A DNA stretch of 64,000 bases from Octopus sinensis. Lineage: Eukaryota. The stretch lies in contig NC_043020.1 of NCBI RefSeq assembly GCF_006345805.1, positions 2,170,001 to 2,234,000 of the forward strand, in the 5' to 3' direction. Shown here piece after piece: positions 26,855-40,799 of the stretch. The notes beneath the pieces are model-generated. The model saw nothing but the letters and a program-made list of their open reading frames with translations, did no database searches and was not told the DNA's origin. A program made the position numbers and the translations under genes. The first letter of the stretch is position 1, and every line of letters begins with the position of its first letter.

Positions 26855-27845
26855 AATTCGCTCAAGGTAACGATGTGGCAAAGGGCGTTGTTGTCTGGAA
26901 GGATCATGTCGTGTTGCCGGTCGGCTAGTTTCTGCTGGCTTGCACAGGTGATTCTATTATGAAAGCGTCCTTTTGCTGGGCTAGTATCCTAGTGAACTGG
27001 CGTGAAACCGCGTGAATGTGCTCATTCAGTCGATCCTCAATGAAATGAGTGGAGGCGCAATGGCCCAGTGGTTAGGGCAGCGGACTCGCGGTCATAGGAT
27101 CGCGGTTTCGATTCCCAGACCGGGCGTTGTGAGTGTTTATTGAGCAAAAACACCTAAAGCTCCACGTGGCTCCGGCAGGGATGGTGGTGATCCCTGCTGT
27201 ACTCTTTCACCACAACTTTCTCTCACTCTTACTTCCTGTTTCTGTTGTACCTGTATTCCAAAGGGCCGGCCTTGTCACTCTCTGTGTCACGCTGAATATC
27301 CCAGAGAACTACGTTAAGGGTACACGTGTCTGTGGAGTGCTCAGCCACTTACACGTTAATTTCACGAGCAGGCTGTTCCGTTGATTCGGATCAACCAGAA
27401 CCCTCGTCGTCGTAACCGACGGAGTGCTTCCATCCAATGAAACGAAGAGACCGGCCTGGATTGGAAGAATTGGTGAAGTCGAAGTTTTGTTCTGTGAAGC
27501 AGGAAGGCATGCCCGTGTTGCGCTTTCAGTAACAGTAGCAGCTTTCGCGACACAAATGTCTAGAACTGCTTTTGAGGCTTTGGAACCGTGATTAAAAGCG
27601 AAGAGAGTCAAGTGTCGAAAATGTCTTTCTTTTTCTTTTTCAACTTCGCACGCCATCGTCTTATGTCGAAAAAGAGGTGACGTATATTCAGACTTCAAAG
27701 ACGATAAACAAAAGTTCTAAAGGAAGAATAGAGCAAAAAAAGAAAAATGAAAGAAAAGAACATAAAATGTATGACGAAAATATTTTCCGTGCAAATTCAA
27801 ACAACATAGAAAAGAAACGAACGGATTTATCAGAAAAACCCAATA
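26855..27845 (-). mobile_element. mariner 5' half (HTH region) interrupted by a SINE
   Basis: TATTGGGTT terminus at 27845. Peptide HFRHLTLFAFNHGSKASKAVLDIC precedes the SINE, and EDRLNEHIHAVSRQFTRILA follows it. Confidence 0.75.
27049..27434 (+). mobile_element. SINE family A (tRNA-derived head), full-length, tail type 1
   Basis: A box TGGCCCAGTGG, B-box-like GTTTCGATTCC and TSD CAATGAAA. Near-identical to 36657-37043. Confidence 0.92.
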
Positions 27846-28009
27846 ATTTTATACGTATGTAGTGAATGCTGCTTCTCTTGTTTCTAATAAGAAACGGATG
27901 TGTGTGTGTGTGTGTGTATTTGTATTCGTTCAATGAATCTGCGTGAGAGAGAAAAATATTTGAAGCTTGCTCGTTTTTCAACAAATTTTTACGGAAAAAT
28001 ATACAATAT

Positions 28010-28060
<51 letters not shown>

Positions 28061-28436
28061 ATTATTATATTATTATTATTATTATTATTATTATCATACA
28101 ACCTTTCAGTAGTTCCATAGTGATTAGTCAGCTGTTTCACAGGCAGCTTTCAATCTTTTATATTCAAAGATTTTTTAAAAACCAATATTCTGCAACATGC
28201 TAATATTTATACCCTTATCTACTTCGAGGTGGACCGTTAAAAAATAATGTACCTCACATCTCTCCAACATTCTATATTTTTATAATGTTTACATACACAT
28301 ACCTACAAATGTATGTGTGTGTATGTGGGGTATTGCAAATACTATATATATATATACATATATATATATACATATATATATATATACATATATATACATA
28401 TATATGTGTGTGCATTATATATATATATATATATTA

Positions 28437-28471
<35 letters not shown>

Positions 28472-28524
28472 CACATATATATATATCATATATAATATCT
28501 ATTACACACACACACCCACACATG

Positions 28525-28564
<40 letters not shown>

Positions 28565-28907
28565 TAACTATATGCATTTGTTTCTACGTGTGAAAGTTTC
28601 CCAAAAGCAGAACATGCATACAAGCATGCGAGACCGACCCATTTCTACCAAGCATCGTTCGTTTCTTTCATTCTTCCTACCTCCGCTAGCAGTTTTCTAA
28701 CTAGAAACAACGCCGTTATCTACCCGTTCTATAATTATTTCGACATTCCCTGCAGAACCAAAGATTGCTACTTATCTCTAAGTTTAGGCACAATAGGAAG
28801 ATTGTTTTAAGTTTTTGAAAGATGGAGTCAGTACTTATATGTCGGTATGTATGAATACATGTTTAGTTACATACATACATACGTGAACTGCTAGACATAT
28901 ATGTATG

Positions 28908-28943
<36 letters not shown>

Positions 28944-29013
28944 TTTATATATATATATATGTATACATGTATACATATATGTATATATATATGTGTGTGT
29001 GTATGTGCATGTG

Positions 29014-29046
<33 letters not shown>

Positions 29047-29647
29047 GTATATATGTATGTATGTATGTATGTATAGTTGAACTTTAAAGAAAAACAAAAG
29101 ACGAACACAAATGTATGAATAACAAGTAAGTGTATTAGTTTGACGCTAGGGAAAATGAAAATGTCTTTTAAGTTCCGAGCCTACGCTCTTCAACAGAAAG
29201 AAATAAGAGGAAATAAGCACAGAGGGAATTGAAAAAAAAGACTTATAGATTTCAGCGGTTCAACATGGCGGATGATTGGAGTAAAAAGTCTGAAAGAAAG
29301 GGAGATAATAAGGAAAAAAAGAGGTTGAAAGAGAGGGAGATAATAAAGCGCTGGTAATCCCAAGAGAAGGTGCACATGCGTGTGTGTGCATGTGAGAAAG
29401 GTAAGTGTGAGTGTGTAAGCGTGTATAGGTTTTGAATGACTCTGGGTTGAATGGTTTGAATGACTCTGACATGTGTGAGTGCGTGAGTGTGCAGTAGTTG
29501 AGGTGTACTTTTTCACGTGGCGTGTGTGTGTGTGTGTGTGTGCATTTGTGAACAAACTGTGCATGGTTATGGCATATATGTGTGGGTCAAAGTTATCTTT
29601 GTCTATGTATGTTGCGTGTGCTAATGTGTGTTGCGTGTGTATATATA

Positions 29648-29880
29648 TATTTCTTTACTACCCACAAGGGGCTAAACATAGAGGGGACAAACAAGGACAG
29701 ACAAACGGATTAAGTCGATTACATCGACCCCAGTGCGTAACCGGTACTTAATTTATCGACCCCGAAAGGATGAAAGGCAAAGTCGACCTCGGCGGAATTT
29801 GAACTCAGAACGTAACGGCAGACGAAATACCGCAAAGCATTTCACCCGGTGTGCTAACGTTTCTGCCAGCTCGCCGCCTT
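29648..29880 (-). mobile_element. SINE family B, full-length
   Basis: Reverse complement of the consensus. Confidence 0.93.
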
Positions 29881-30094
29881 TGTATATATAGCTTGTGTTC
29901 AGCTATTACCTGCTTGTGTGTGTGTAGTAGTATATATTGTCTATATTCAGGTATTATGTGCTTATGTGGGTGTGGGGGTGTGCATGATGGTGTGTGGTGC
30001 GTGTACTCAGTTAAACAGTGTGAGTGGCTCCTCATATAGAGGTATGTGTGGTGAGGCTATTGAAAATTGTGTGGATGATGGTATGTGGTGTGGA

Positions 30095-30325
30095 CGGCGA
30101 GGTGGCAGAATCGTTAGCACGCTGGGCGAAATGCGTAGCCGTATTTCGTCTGCCGTTACGTTCTGAGTTCAAATTCCGCCGAGGTCGACTTTGCCTTTCA
30201 TCCTGTCGGGGTCGATAAATTAAGTACCAGTTACGCACTGGGGTCGATATAATTGACTTAATCCGTCTGTCTGTCCTTGTTTGTACCCTCTGTGTTTAGC
30301 CCCTTTTGGGCCGTAAAGAAATAGG
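30095..30325 (+). mobile_element. SINE family B, full-length
   Basis: Consensus head, core and tail. Confidence 0.93.
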
Positions 30326-30489
30326 TATGTGGCGTGGGTGCTGGGAAGTGGTCAGTGCTAGTGTGTGTGGAGTAGTGTAGGTGGCACCAAACATGAATGC
30401 TCGTATATAGTTGCTCGACTTGCTTCAAATGGCAGCTAAATGTGGCCACCAAATCGCATTTTATCGTTTTTGTTGATGTTAGGGTAAAA

Positions 30490-31020
30490 AGCTACGATAG
30501 ATAATGTAATCGTAATTAGTAATAAATTAGGTATGATCACGAAAATCCCGTCTTTGAGCCTACATTCTGATCAGATTTAACCAGGAGCTAAACATAAAAT
30601 TTTTAATTGAATTAATATTTAAAAATCTCTATTTTTCTTTCCGAGATATTGGATAATATAGTCCTAATTAGTTGTAAAATTTTAAGAATGGTCACGGAAG
30701 GCACGTCTTTAAGCCTATATCCAGATGAAAACTTAAAACTTTTAATTAGGTTATTATTTTAAAATCCCTATTTTTCTTTTGGTATGTTTTATTATGTAAT
30801 CTTATTCAGTTGTAAAAATTTAGGAATGGTCACAGGTGGCGCAACTTTGAGCCTTCATCCTGATCAGATTTAACCTGGAATTAAACATACTACTACTTTT
30901 AATTGGATTTGTATTTAAAAAATCACTATTATTCTTTCCCTTTTTAATACGAGATATCGTAAAATATTACGAGTCGCCTTTGTGTATATATTTGACCCGG
31001 AGTTAAACAACATTTTTATC
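30490..31020 (+). repeat. Diverged tandem array of ~140-155-bp units
   Basis: Recurrent ATGGTCAC...CTTTGAGCC...CTGATCAGATTTAACC...AAACA blocks near 30535, 30690 and 30830. Confidence 0.7.
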
Positions 31021-31382
31021 GTGTGAACATTCAAAATTTCTGACATTTTCTTTTCCTTCTAAATTCGCGACATAGAAGTCAAAAATAATACTGACTTCGA
31101 AATAAATACTTACCAATCAACTACGATGAATCTATTCTGACGCTTGGCTTCTTAGATATAGCAGTCAAAATCTCTACAGTCGTCCTTAAAATAGAAGGAC
31201 ACATTGATAATGTAGACTTAGATAAACTTTGCTTGAGAAAAAGACGCGATGTTCACGGTTTGAAAGCTTTTAATCACTGTTTTGAGTCGATTAAAACTGA
31301 CCAGATTCTAAACAACAACATTGACAAGAACAAAGACCTCTATCACCACAACAACAACATCAGCAATAAATACAGTAACAAT

Positions 31383-31792
31383 AGGCGCAGGAGTGGCTGT
31401 GGGGTAAGTAGCTTGCTTACCAACCACATGGCTCCGGATTCAGTCCCACTACGTGGCACATTGGGCAAGTGTCTTCTACTATAGCCCCGAGATGACCAAA
31501 GCCTTGTGAGTGGATTTGGTAGACGGAAACTGAAAGAAGCCTGTCGTATATATACATATATGTATATGTGTGTATATGTTTGTGTGTCTGTGTTTGCCCC
31601 TCCAACATCACTTGACAACCGATGCTGGTGTGTTTACGTCCACGTAAGTCCGCGATTCGGCAAAAGTGACCGATAGAATAAGTACTAGGCTTACAAAGAA
31701 TAAGTCCTGGGGTTGATTTGCTCGACTAAAGGCGGTGCTCCAGCATAGCCACAGTCAAATGACTGAAACAAGTAAAAGAGTAAAAAGAGAGT
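31383..31792 (+). mobile_element. SINE family C, full-length (tRNA-like head, CORE-like TTGGGCAAGT block, internal TA/TG tract, AAAAGAGT tail)
   Basis: Complete copy. Other copies or fragments lie at about 2670-2775, 34935-35405, 36105-36440, 37065-37225, 44335-44455, 61900-62000 and 63893-63952. Confidence 0.92.
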
Positions 31793-32204
31793 AATAGTAA
31801 ATACGTGTGTAGTTATTTAAATATCGTAAGATTCATTTCTTGATAAATCCGACATTGAGTTGTGCAAAGGATAAAATCATATCTTTGATCAAATCTCAAT
31901 CGACCAAGAGTGACCAAGGGTTAAACAACAATAACAACAGCAACAACATATATTTGTAAATACTCGATCATCCAGTGGTCGTATTTTGTTTTTCTTAATA
32001 AATCCGACGTTGATTTATAAAAGATACCGAAATATATATTTGATCAAAGGTCGGATCGATCAGGGTTGACCTAGGATGAAACAACCTCAATATTAAACAT
32101 TGAAACATCTAGCAGGTGTAACAGTTTAATATCAGATGAAAGCCGATCACTGAATATTGATCTAGTATTGATTATTTTATTCTTTGCTCAGCAGAGTAAA
32201 TTTT

Positions 32205-32752
32205 GCTAAAAGGCCGTTACTTCTCTGCAACGAGAGGTCACAACTCCGGTACTACGGACGTGTACTTAGTTGTACTTGGGGTAGCATACACCCGGGGTAA
32301 TTTGAGCCGGATCGGACCAACGAGTTGGCCACGTCGATCACAAGTGCTGACCCCATCCAAGCAAGGACGTCAGATAGCGCAGACATCACAGCCGTTGTCG
32401 TGATTCGTTGCTGAAGTCTAGAGTTCGTAGCTGAACGACGGACATCTAATTAAAATGTCATAGCAACAGATTATAAGACAAATTCTTCCAACCGGGGCTA
32501 CCGGCGGAAGAACTGGGGGTAGAGCAAGAATGAGATGGTTGGATAATATCCATGATCTCAGCTGGTCACGCTTGGGAAACAAACCTGAAGCCCTAACGGA
32601 AGAAATCCCTAAGAATAATATCTACAGATTCAGTCTGCCACGCTTGAGTTAAATGATGTTTACTTCCAAAAGTTCCCTATAGATGAGGTACCTGAGAAAT
32701 ATGCTCCCATAACCCCACGAGGAATAATGCGATGAGAAAATGGATGGATGGG
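32205..32752 (+). mobile_element. 3' end of an RTE-like LINE
   Basis: RQILPTGATGGRTGGRARMRWLDNIHDLSWSRLG matches the G.R..GR.R.RW.D motif; it ends in a (GATG)n tail. Confidence 0.7.
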
Positions 32753-33478
32753 TCTTATAAAAAAACTGCAGTTTCTTTTAGCTCTACATTTTTACCATCT
32801 ATTATTGCGCATGCGTACCAGACAAATCGTGGCTGCCATAACCACTACACTTCGTACGTTTTACACACAGTACATATCATTTCTACCTCCACAATATCAC
32901 GGTGCATCTTCAGTTACAAGGCATTAGCAATGGGGTAAAAATTTTCAGTGAAATTTTGTTGTGATATAGACGCAGGTGTGACCGTATGGTAAGAAGCTTG
33001 CTTCCGCGCATGCGTGTGTCAATGTTTTCTTTACACTGAGAGGAGTCACGACGCTGGTTTGCAGCGTCGTGAATTATTGAACTAGTGAAGCTCAACTGTA
33101 AGGTAAGACTTTTGTGTTTTGCGATTCAGTGGGGGTTTGTTATTTGGTGTTTATTTTATTCTTTTCAAGCAAGAAATCCTCACTGGTTTCCTGGCATTTG
33201 TCTGCCTGCTGTTGGGCATAAGTATCTCACTTAGCGGTGAGAAGTAAGTTGTTTTGGGGACGTATCTCGCTTCCAAAAATGGTGAACGTTGCTTTTGTGT
33301 TCCTGTTGCTGTGTTCCTGCTACTATTAGGTCGGCCTAGAGTACTGGTGGCCGGAAGATTGTGCGCAGTATTTTGGGGGCGTATTCCACCTCCAAATATT
33401 GTGAAATATTTTTTACCAATTTTTGTACAAATTTATTGGTGAAATTTGTGATAGATAGATAGACAGACAGACAGACAA

Positions 33479-33585
<107 letters not shown>

Positions 33586-34526
33586 TGTGTATGTGTGAGT
33601 GTGTGTGTAATGTGTGTGTTAGCATGTGTGAATGTTTATGAGTGTTTATCTGTGTGTATGTTTGTGTATGTTTATGTGTGTCTGTGTAATGTGTGTGTTT
33701 GCATGTGTGTGTGTGTTTATGCGTGTGTGTTTGTCTATGTCTAAATGTGTGTGTGTGTGTGCCTGTTTTTGTGTCGTGTGCTTGACAGCTGGTGTTTGTG
33801 TGTTTACGTCCTCGTAACATAGCTTCTCCGCAAACGAACCTAGAATAATAAGTACTAGGTTTTAAAAAATGACTGAAAAAAGTAAAAGATTAAAGATTAA
33901 GATAAAAAATCACGATAAAATATCTTTATCTTTTCCATAAGCTCACTCACACCGATATTTATTCTTCTCTCTTTCAGGCCCAGCGGCATTTTCATTCTTT
34001 CCTACATTCATTTGCATGTTTGAACCAACATCTTTTATTGAACAGTAAATGCTGTGTGAATTTCTGGAAGCATGAAGTGAAATAACGATCAGGTGTTAGA
34101 CATCAGCTCATTAATATTTATTTGAACATTTTCCAAAGGTTAAAAGCCAGTCAATCACCGGCTGACATATTTTCAAGGTTCTTCTCTTGGAAGTCAGACA
34201 GCGATAAATATATATACTTCTACTTAAGGCAGATGTATAACGTGATGTTACAAACATGCATGTGCGCAGAGACAACGTGTGTGTGTGTGTTAACTATACA
34301 GATAGACAGACAGACAGATAGATAGATAGATAGATATGTGTATGTGTGAGTGTGTGTGTAATGTGTGTGTTTGCATGTGTGTGTGTGTTATATAGTAGAT
34401 ATAAGCATATATATTCAGATATATATATATCTATATATATATATATTTATATATGTATATATTATATACTGCATACATATATATTCATGTGTGTATGTAC
34501 TATTTATATATACGTATGTATATGTA

Positions 34527-34748
34527 TGCTGGCAGAAACGTTAGCACACCGGGCGAAATGCTTAGCGGTATTGCGTCTGTCGTTGCGTTCTGAGTTCAAA
34601 TTCCGCCGAGGTCGACTTTGCCTTTCATCCTTTCGGGGTCGATAAATTAAGTACCAGTTACGCACTGGGGTCGATGTAATCGACTTAATCCGTTTGTCTG
34701 TCCTTGTTTGTCCCTCTATGTTTAGCCCCTCGTGGGCAATAAAGAAAC
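34527..34748 (+). mobile_element. SINE family B
   Basis: Consensus match. Confidence 0.92.
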
Positions 34749-35118
34749 ATATATATGTGTGTGTGTGTATAACTATACAGATAGACAGACAGGTAGGTGA
34801 GTAAGTAGACAAACAAGCAAACGGACAGACAGTCAGACAGATAGATGGATGGACGGACGGATGGATCGATGGATCGATGGATCGATCGATGGATGGATGG
34901 ATGGATGGATCGATGGATGGATCGATGGATAGGTAGGCATGAATGTTTGGCAAAGGGTTCGCTTTGCACCCATGTGGTTTCGGGCTCAATCCCTCTCAGC
35001 AGCATCATGGGCAAGTGCCTCCTACTCTAGTTGCGGGCCGACCAATGTGGAAGCCCTTCGTGTACATATGTGTATGTGCGCGTGTGTATGTGTATGTGTG
35101 TCCATATACACTCTTACG

Positions 35119-35177
<59 letters not shown>

Positions 35178-35661
35178 ATCTATATGTATATGTCCTTGTG
35201 TCTTTGTCCACCTCAACTACCACTTGGTAACCTCTGTTGTTTTGTTCACGTCCACGTAAGTTAGTGGTTTGGCATAAGAAACCGATAGAATATATACCAA
35301 AATTTTAAAACACTGGTACTAAGAGCGATCTCTTCAACAAAAGCTGTTCAGAGCAGTGCTCCAGTGTGGCCGCAATCTAATGATTAAAACGAGTAAAGGA
35401 TAAAATGAATACATAGAAAAAGATAAACAGATATTAAAACTACTATTTCAGAAACTAAACCATAAGAACAGAAGGGATTACGGACGATTAGGAGATGGAG
35501 GGGTTATAAGGATTAATGTCAGCTTTATTTGCTGTAGCTTTGAAGGTTGTTGACTGAACAAGCAGGTTCCATAATTATACATTTATAAAGGACGCGGTCG
35601 TTTTTATATACGCAACAGAATGGAGGTTAGAGGTCGTGAATGGAATCGGTGTTACTAGTCG

Positions 35662-35970
35662 TATTTTTGTTTGTTCCTTCTCGAGCCATGTCTGGCTCAT
35701 AAGGGCCGGTTTCCCGGTTTCTTGGCGTATAGGTTCCCCACCTGGACGGGACGCCGGTCCGTCGCAGGTGAGCTGCAAGATGCAGGAGGAAAGAGTGAGA
35801 GAAAGTTGTGGGCGAAAGAGTCAGCAGGAGTTTGCTATTACCTTCTGCCGGAGCCGCGTGGAGTTTAGGTGTTTCGCTCATAAACACACACATCGCCCGG
35901 TCTGAGGTTCGAACCCGCGATCCGTCGACCGCGAGTCCGCTGCTCTAACCACTAGGCCATGTGCCTCCAC
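35662..35970 (-). mobile_element. SINE family A head with tail type 2
   Basis: Same tRNA-like head as 27049 with a different 3' half. TSD TTACTAGTCG (35652-35661, 35971-35980). Confidence 0.9.
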
Positions 35971-36656
35971 TTACTAGTCGCATGTGTTTAGTTTGCTGAC
36001 GACGTGCTTCGAAATTTCAAGAAAAACGTGTGTGTTTGTGTGTGCCCTCATGTGTGTGTGTGCGGGCGTGTGTGTGCCTGTCTTGTTTGTGGGTTTTATC
36101 CTCTATGTTGTACTTGTTTCAGTCACTGGACACCAACCAGTATTTATTTTTTTAAATATGGTACTTATTCTATCGACCCTTTTTGCTGAACCGCTAGGTT
36201 ACAGGAACGGTAAGTTTGGAACTTATTCTATCAGGCACTTCTGCCGAACCACTTAGGTAGGGGACATAAACAACAATTCCTGTTATCAAGCGGTGGTGGA
36301 GGACAAACACAGGCACAACGACACACAGACACACACACATACATGTAGGTTTCTTTCAGTTTCCGTCAACCAAATTCACTCACAAGGATTTGGTCGCCCC
36401 ATAGCAATACTAGAAGACATATGAGCCATACAGTGGAAATAATAATAATAAAGCAAAAACAAAAAATAATAAGCCGTGAACGGTTCTCTCCCTTAGGCGT
36501 AATTTCTCCCTCTCTTCTATTTCATAGCGAACTCTCTTACTCTTCGCCTCTTACACTGGAAGCACTACCAAAAGCCACCAGTTAAATTTCACACACACAC
36601 ACACACACACCACACACAAACATTTATATGTGCATATGCATATACATATATATGAT

Positions 36657-37043
36657 GGATGGAAGCACTCCGTCGGTTACGACGATGAGAGTACCGGTTG
36701 ATCCGAATCAACGGAACAGCCTGCTCGTGAAATTAACGTGTAAATGGCTGAGCACTCCACAGACACGTGTACCCTTAACGTAGTTCTCGGGGATATTCAG
36801 CGTGACACAGAGAGTGACAAGGCCGGCCCTTTGAAATACAGGTACAACAGAAACAGGAAGTAAGAGTGAGAGAAAGTTGTGGTGAAAGAGTACAGCAGGG
36901 ATCACCACCATCCCCTGCTAGAGTCTCGTGGAGCTTTAGGCGTTTTCGCTCAATAAACACTCACAACGCCCGGTCTGGGAATCGAAACCGCGATCCTATG
37001 ACCGCGAGTCCGCTGCCCTAACCACTGGGCCATTGCGCCTCCA
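36657..37043 (-). mobile_element. SINE family A, tail type 1
   Basis: Reverse complement of 27049-27434; TSD TATATGAT. Confidence 0.92.
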
Positions 37044-37248
37044 TATATGATAGACATACATACGTGAAGCGGGATTCCGCATACTTTCTGCCTAGAAATC
37101 CACCCACAAGGCATTGGTCGGCTTGGGGCTATAGTAGAGGACACTTGCCCACAGTGCCACGCAGTAGGACTGAACCCGAAACCATATGGTTGCAAATCGG
37201 GCTTCTTAACTACACAGCCATTCCTGACACTCTATGTTTGTTTTGATG

Positions 37249-37292
<44 letters not shown>

Positions 37293-38409
37293 GTCTGTGT
37301 ATGTGCGTGTGTGTGTATGTGTGTATGTGCGTGTATATACGCCTGCTTCTTTTCATGTTCATGTATGTGTGTTTAGGTGTGTGTGCGTGCCTCTGTGTGG
37401 GTGTGTGTGTGTGTGCATTGAGGTGTGTGCGTGCGTGCCTCTGTGTGTTTGCGTGTGCGTGTGCCTGAGTTTGTGTCTGTCTGTATGTATGTGTTTGTGT
37501 GACTTCGACAGCCAAAGTGCAATAATGATTTAGAATTCGGAATCTGGAACCTGCCTGCTTTGCTCTCTGCATAAATCATAACCATTAACCATTGATCATT
37601 AACCATTAACCATTAACCTAACACACACACACACACACATTTCAAGCATTTATTCATTTATTCGTTCGTTTGTTTTTATTTTTTTCTGTTTTCCTTATGA
37701 AACAGAATCTAATTGTAAATTAGTCAGAGCAGACATTTGCCTGTATTGCATATCATTATTATAGTTGCCGTTTAACATCCAATTAACCACGCGGCTTCTA
37801 GACCAATTAGCCAGCACGTACATAGAGAGAGAGAGAGAGAGATGCGCAACGGATCGTTCTTTGTACTGTTTGTCATAAGGCTTCGTGTCTTTCTGAGAAG
37901 AGATGTCAATTAATTGACCCGCCTGACTGGTTGGCTGGCTGGTTGGCTGGTGTGCGGTTGGGCGGGTTTTGGTGGGTGGGTGAGCTGGATACGTTCAACG
38001 CGGCAGGAAAACGAAGAGGTAACTGTATGAAATACGGTGTATCTGTTTATAATATACGCGGTGTCGATATGCAATTTAAAATCCGGTATATGCAACTGAG
38101 GCGGTATTTAATAAAACTATTCATCCATGTATCATCAGACTTTATGTATGTACGCTGTTGATAGGCCAGTTGCTGCGGATTTTGTCCTGAGATAACATAT
38201 CTCAAAGACTTTCTGTGTTGAAAGTACGCTAGTTATGAGAGGTACATACCACAGAAGGACAAAATAGAATAATCAGGACAAGAGGGGACAGGGAGTCACT
38301 GATGAGTACAAAGAATGTGTGACGGACGAAATCTGGCAAATAACAACAACAACAACAATAATAATAATAATAATAACAACAACAACAACAACAACAACAA
38401 TAATAAATC

Positions 38410-38442
<33 letters not shown>

Positions 38443-38730
38443 TGAAGATCAAATAAATAGTGCATGTGTTTAAATAGTAAAAAACAGAAAACACGTACCA
38501 TCCCCGAGAGAGAGAGAGAGGCGAAAATGCATCCCAACAGCCAACCAGCGAAAACGAGATAAGTAAAAGACATTTGCCAAGATGTCACGCAGTGGGCCTG
38601 AAACCGAGTCCAGTTGGTTGCAGAGCGAGCTTTTTTTCCAAACCAAGAGAAGAGGAACAAAAAGATAGGAAAGATGCAGCATTGTGCGATTGTAACGGCT
38701 AACACAAGCCATATACGTACATAGTATATA

Positions 38731-38781
<51 letters not shown>

Positions 38782-40159
38782 TCTAAGACACACACCACAC
38801 ATACACACATATGTATAATGTAATATATATTTTAGGCATAGCCGTGTGGGAAGGAGCATACTTCCAGGTTCAGTGACGCTAAGCTGTTCCTTGCGAAGGT
38901 GTCTTCTACTGTAGCCCCGGACCGACAATAGCTTTGTGAGTAGACTTGGTAAATGGAAATTAAAGGAAGACTACCGTATATATGTGTGTGTGTGTGTGGA
39001 GAGAGAGGGGGAGAGAAAGAGAGAGTACGAGTAATTTCGCCAGAATGACCCAATCTAATAGGTATGCGTTCTGAGTGCTCAAATAGGTGTACCACTGAAA
39101 TTTCAGTAAGAACAGAGGTTGAAGTTGTGATTATATGATTGTCTTGTTCAAAAAACGGCTGGAGGTGGCATTCCTTTGAGTCAGTACGTATAAGTTAAAG
39201 CAGTGAAGAAAGACAATCACTTAGGCAATACAGGACAAAGACTGTAAAATTTTAGTTCAATCTAAAATTTAGGTACATAAAGAATGCATGCATTTATGTA
39301 CGTATTCCTTTATGTATGCATGTTTTTATGTATGTACGTATGTATATATCAATGCATGTATTTATGTATTTTATGTATGAATATGTATGTATGAATAAAT
39401 GTATCTTTATGTGTGTATGTATGAATTAATCTACGTATGTCTGTGTATGTGTACATGTATGTATGTATGTATGTATGCATATATGTATGTATGTATGTAG
39501 GCAGGTATGTATTTAATCAAACAGACCCCAGAGAGGCGGTTGTTATTCTCTGTCGGCAAGTCTTCCATTGTGTTCTACACCCTACACATACATCTACACA
39601 TGTGCGTAGATGTAAGCTAAAAGATTACATCACTTCCGACCGACAAAGGCCAGTTTAGATTCATACAGTAATTTATAATGACAGCAATCAGAGACTTACT
39701 TCTGAAATCTGATTTATATCTCCTATCTGTCTGACGGTACACGAGAATCACTGAGTCTCTGTGTATGTATCGGTATGCACCATTTGTAGCCTCTGTACGT
39801 ATACGTATCCTAAGTGTTCTCAGATCATACATACATACATAATACATACATATATACATCGCCTAATATGTCTGCATTGCTCATGGTGTCTGTCGTGTTC
39901 TGGTTGTGTGTGTGCGTTTACGAAAATGTCTGTAGATGTGATTTCGCCATTAAATCACTTTATGTCACTGAACAAATATCCTTTTCAACGAATACGGCGT
40001 TTGACGTCGTAAATCTGTTTATACGTCAACTTATATGTTCGCTAAATTTTGCCAATACATTTACGTATATATGCGTATATAAATTAAACCTACTATACCC
40101 ATATATACATAATGTAAATATATATATATATATATATATATAGATATATATATATAATA

Positions 40160-40266
40160 TAATAGATAGATAATAGTTAGATAGATAGATATAGATAGAT
40201 AGATAGATAGAATAGATAGATAGATAGATAGGTAGATAAAAGATAGATAGATAGATAGATAGATAT

Positions 40267-40303
<37 letters not shown>

Positions 40304-40306
40304 GAT

Positions 40307-40389
<83 letters not shown>

Positions 40390-40390
40390 G

Positions 40391-40437
<47 letters not shown>

Positions 40438-40440
40438 ATA
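40160..40440. repeat. (GATA)n microsatellite
   Basis: Directly visible. Confidence 0.96.
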
Positions 40441-40511
40441 TATATGTAAGCATGTATGTATGTATATGCATTTATATATATGCATGTATGTATATATATA
40501 AATAAATATAC

Positions 40512-40562
<51 letters not shown>

Positions 40563-40764
40563 CAAGCTAATTGCACTAGACACATAAACAATGATTGGAG
40601 GCGTATTTAGTGGTTATTTGTTGCGTTATTTTATGTCCTGAGTTCAAGTGCTGCGTGGCGCCGTTCTGCTTTTCATTCTTACAGGTCCTGGGAAGATAAA
40701 GTATCTCACAAGTAATAAGGTGATTAAACCAAGTGAATGGGTGACCTCGCGTCAACAAATCATT

Positions 40765-40799
<35 letters not shown>

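Noticed and set aside
27049-27125. tRNA-like sequences at SINE A heads
   Set aside because: They are SINE promoters without a complete cloverleaf and continue into the SINE body.
29150-29200. Minus-strand CTGTTGA-A-GAGC-GTAG-GCTC-GGAAC hairpin, possibly a pLTR hammerhead relic
   Set aside because: Both core segments deviate from consensus and stem I is unsupported; too weak to call.
30490-31020. Repeat-spacer appearance suggesting a CRISPR-like array
   Set aside because: The units are similar along their whole length with no unique spacers, the context is eukaryotic, and there are no cas genes.
33978-34115. Strong splice acceptor TTCTTCTCTCTTTCAG|G
   Set aside because: All three frames close quickly and no convincing donor follows. 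A UTR exon cannot be excluded but is unsupported.
38299-38340. CTGATGA-GTAC...GGAC-GAAA, resembling a classical hammerhead core
   Set aside because: I found no complementary strands for stem I or stem III on either side; a chance match is plausible.
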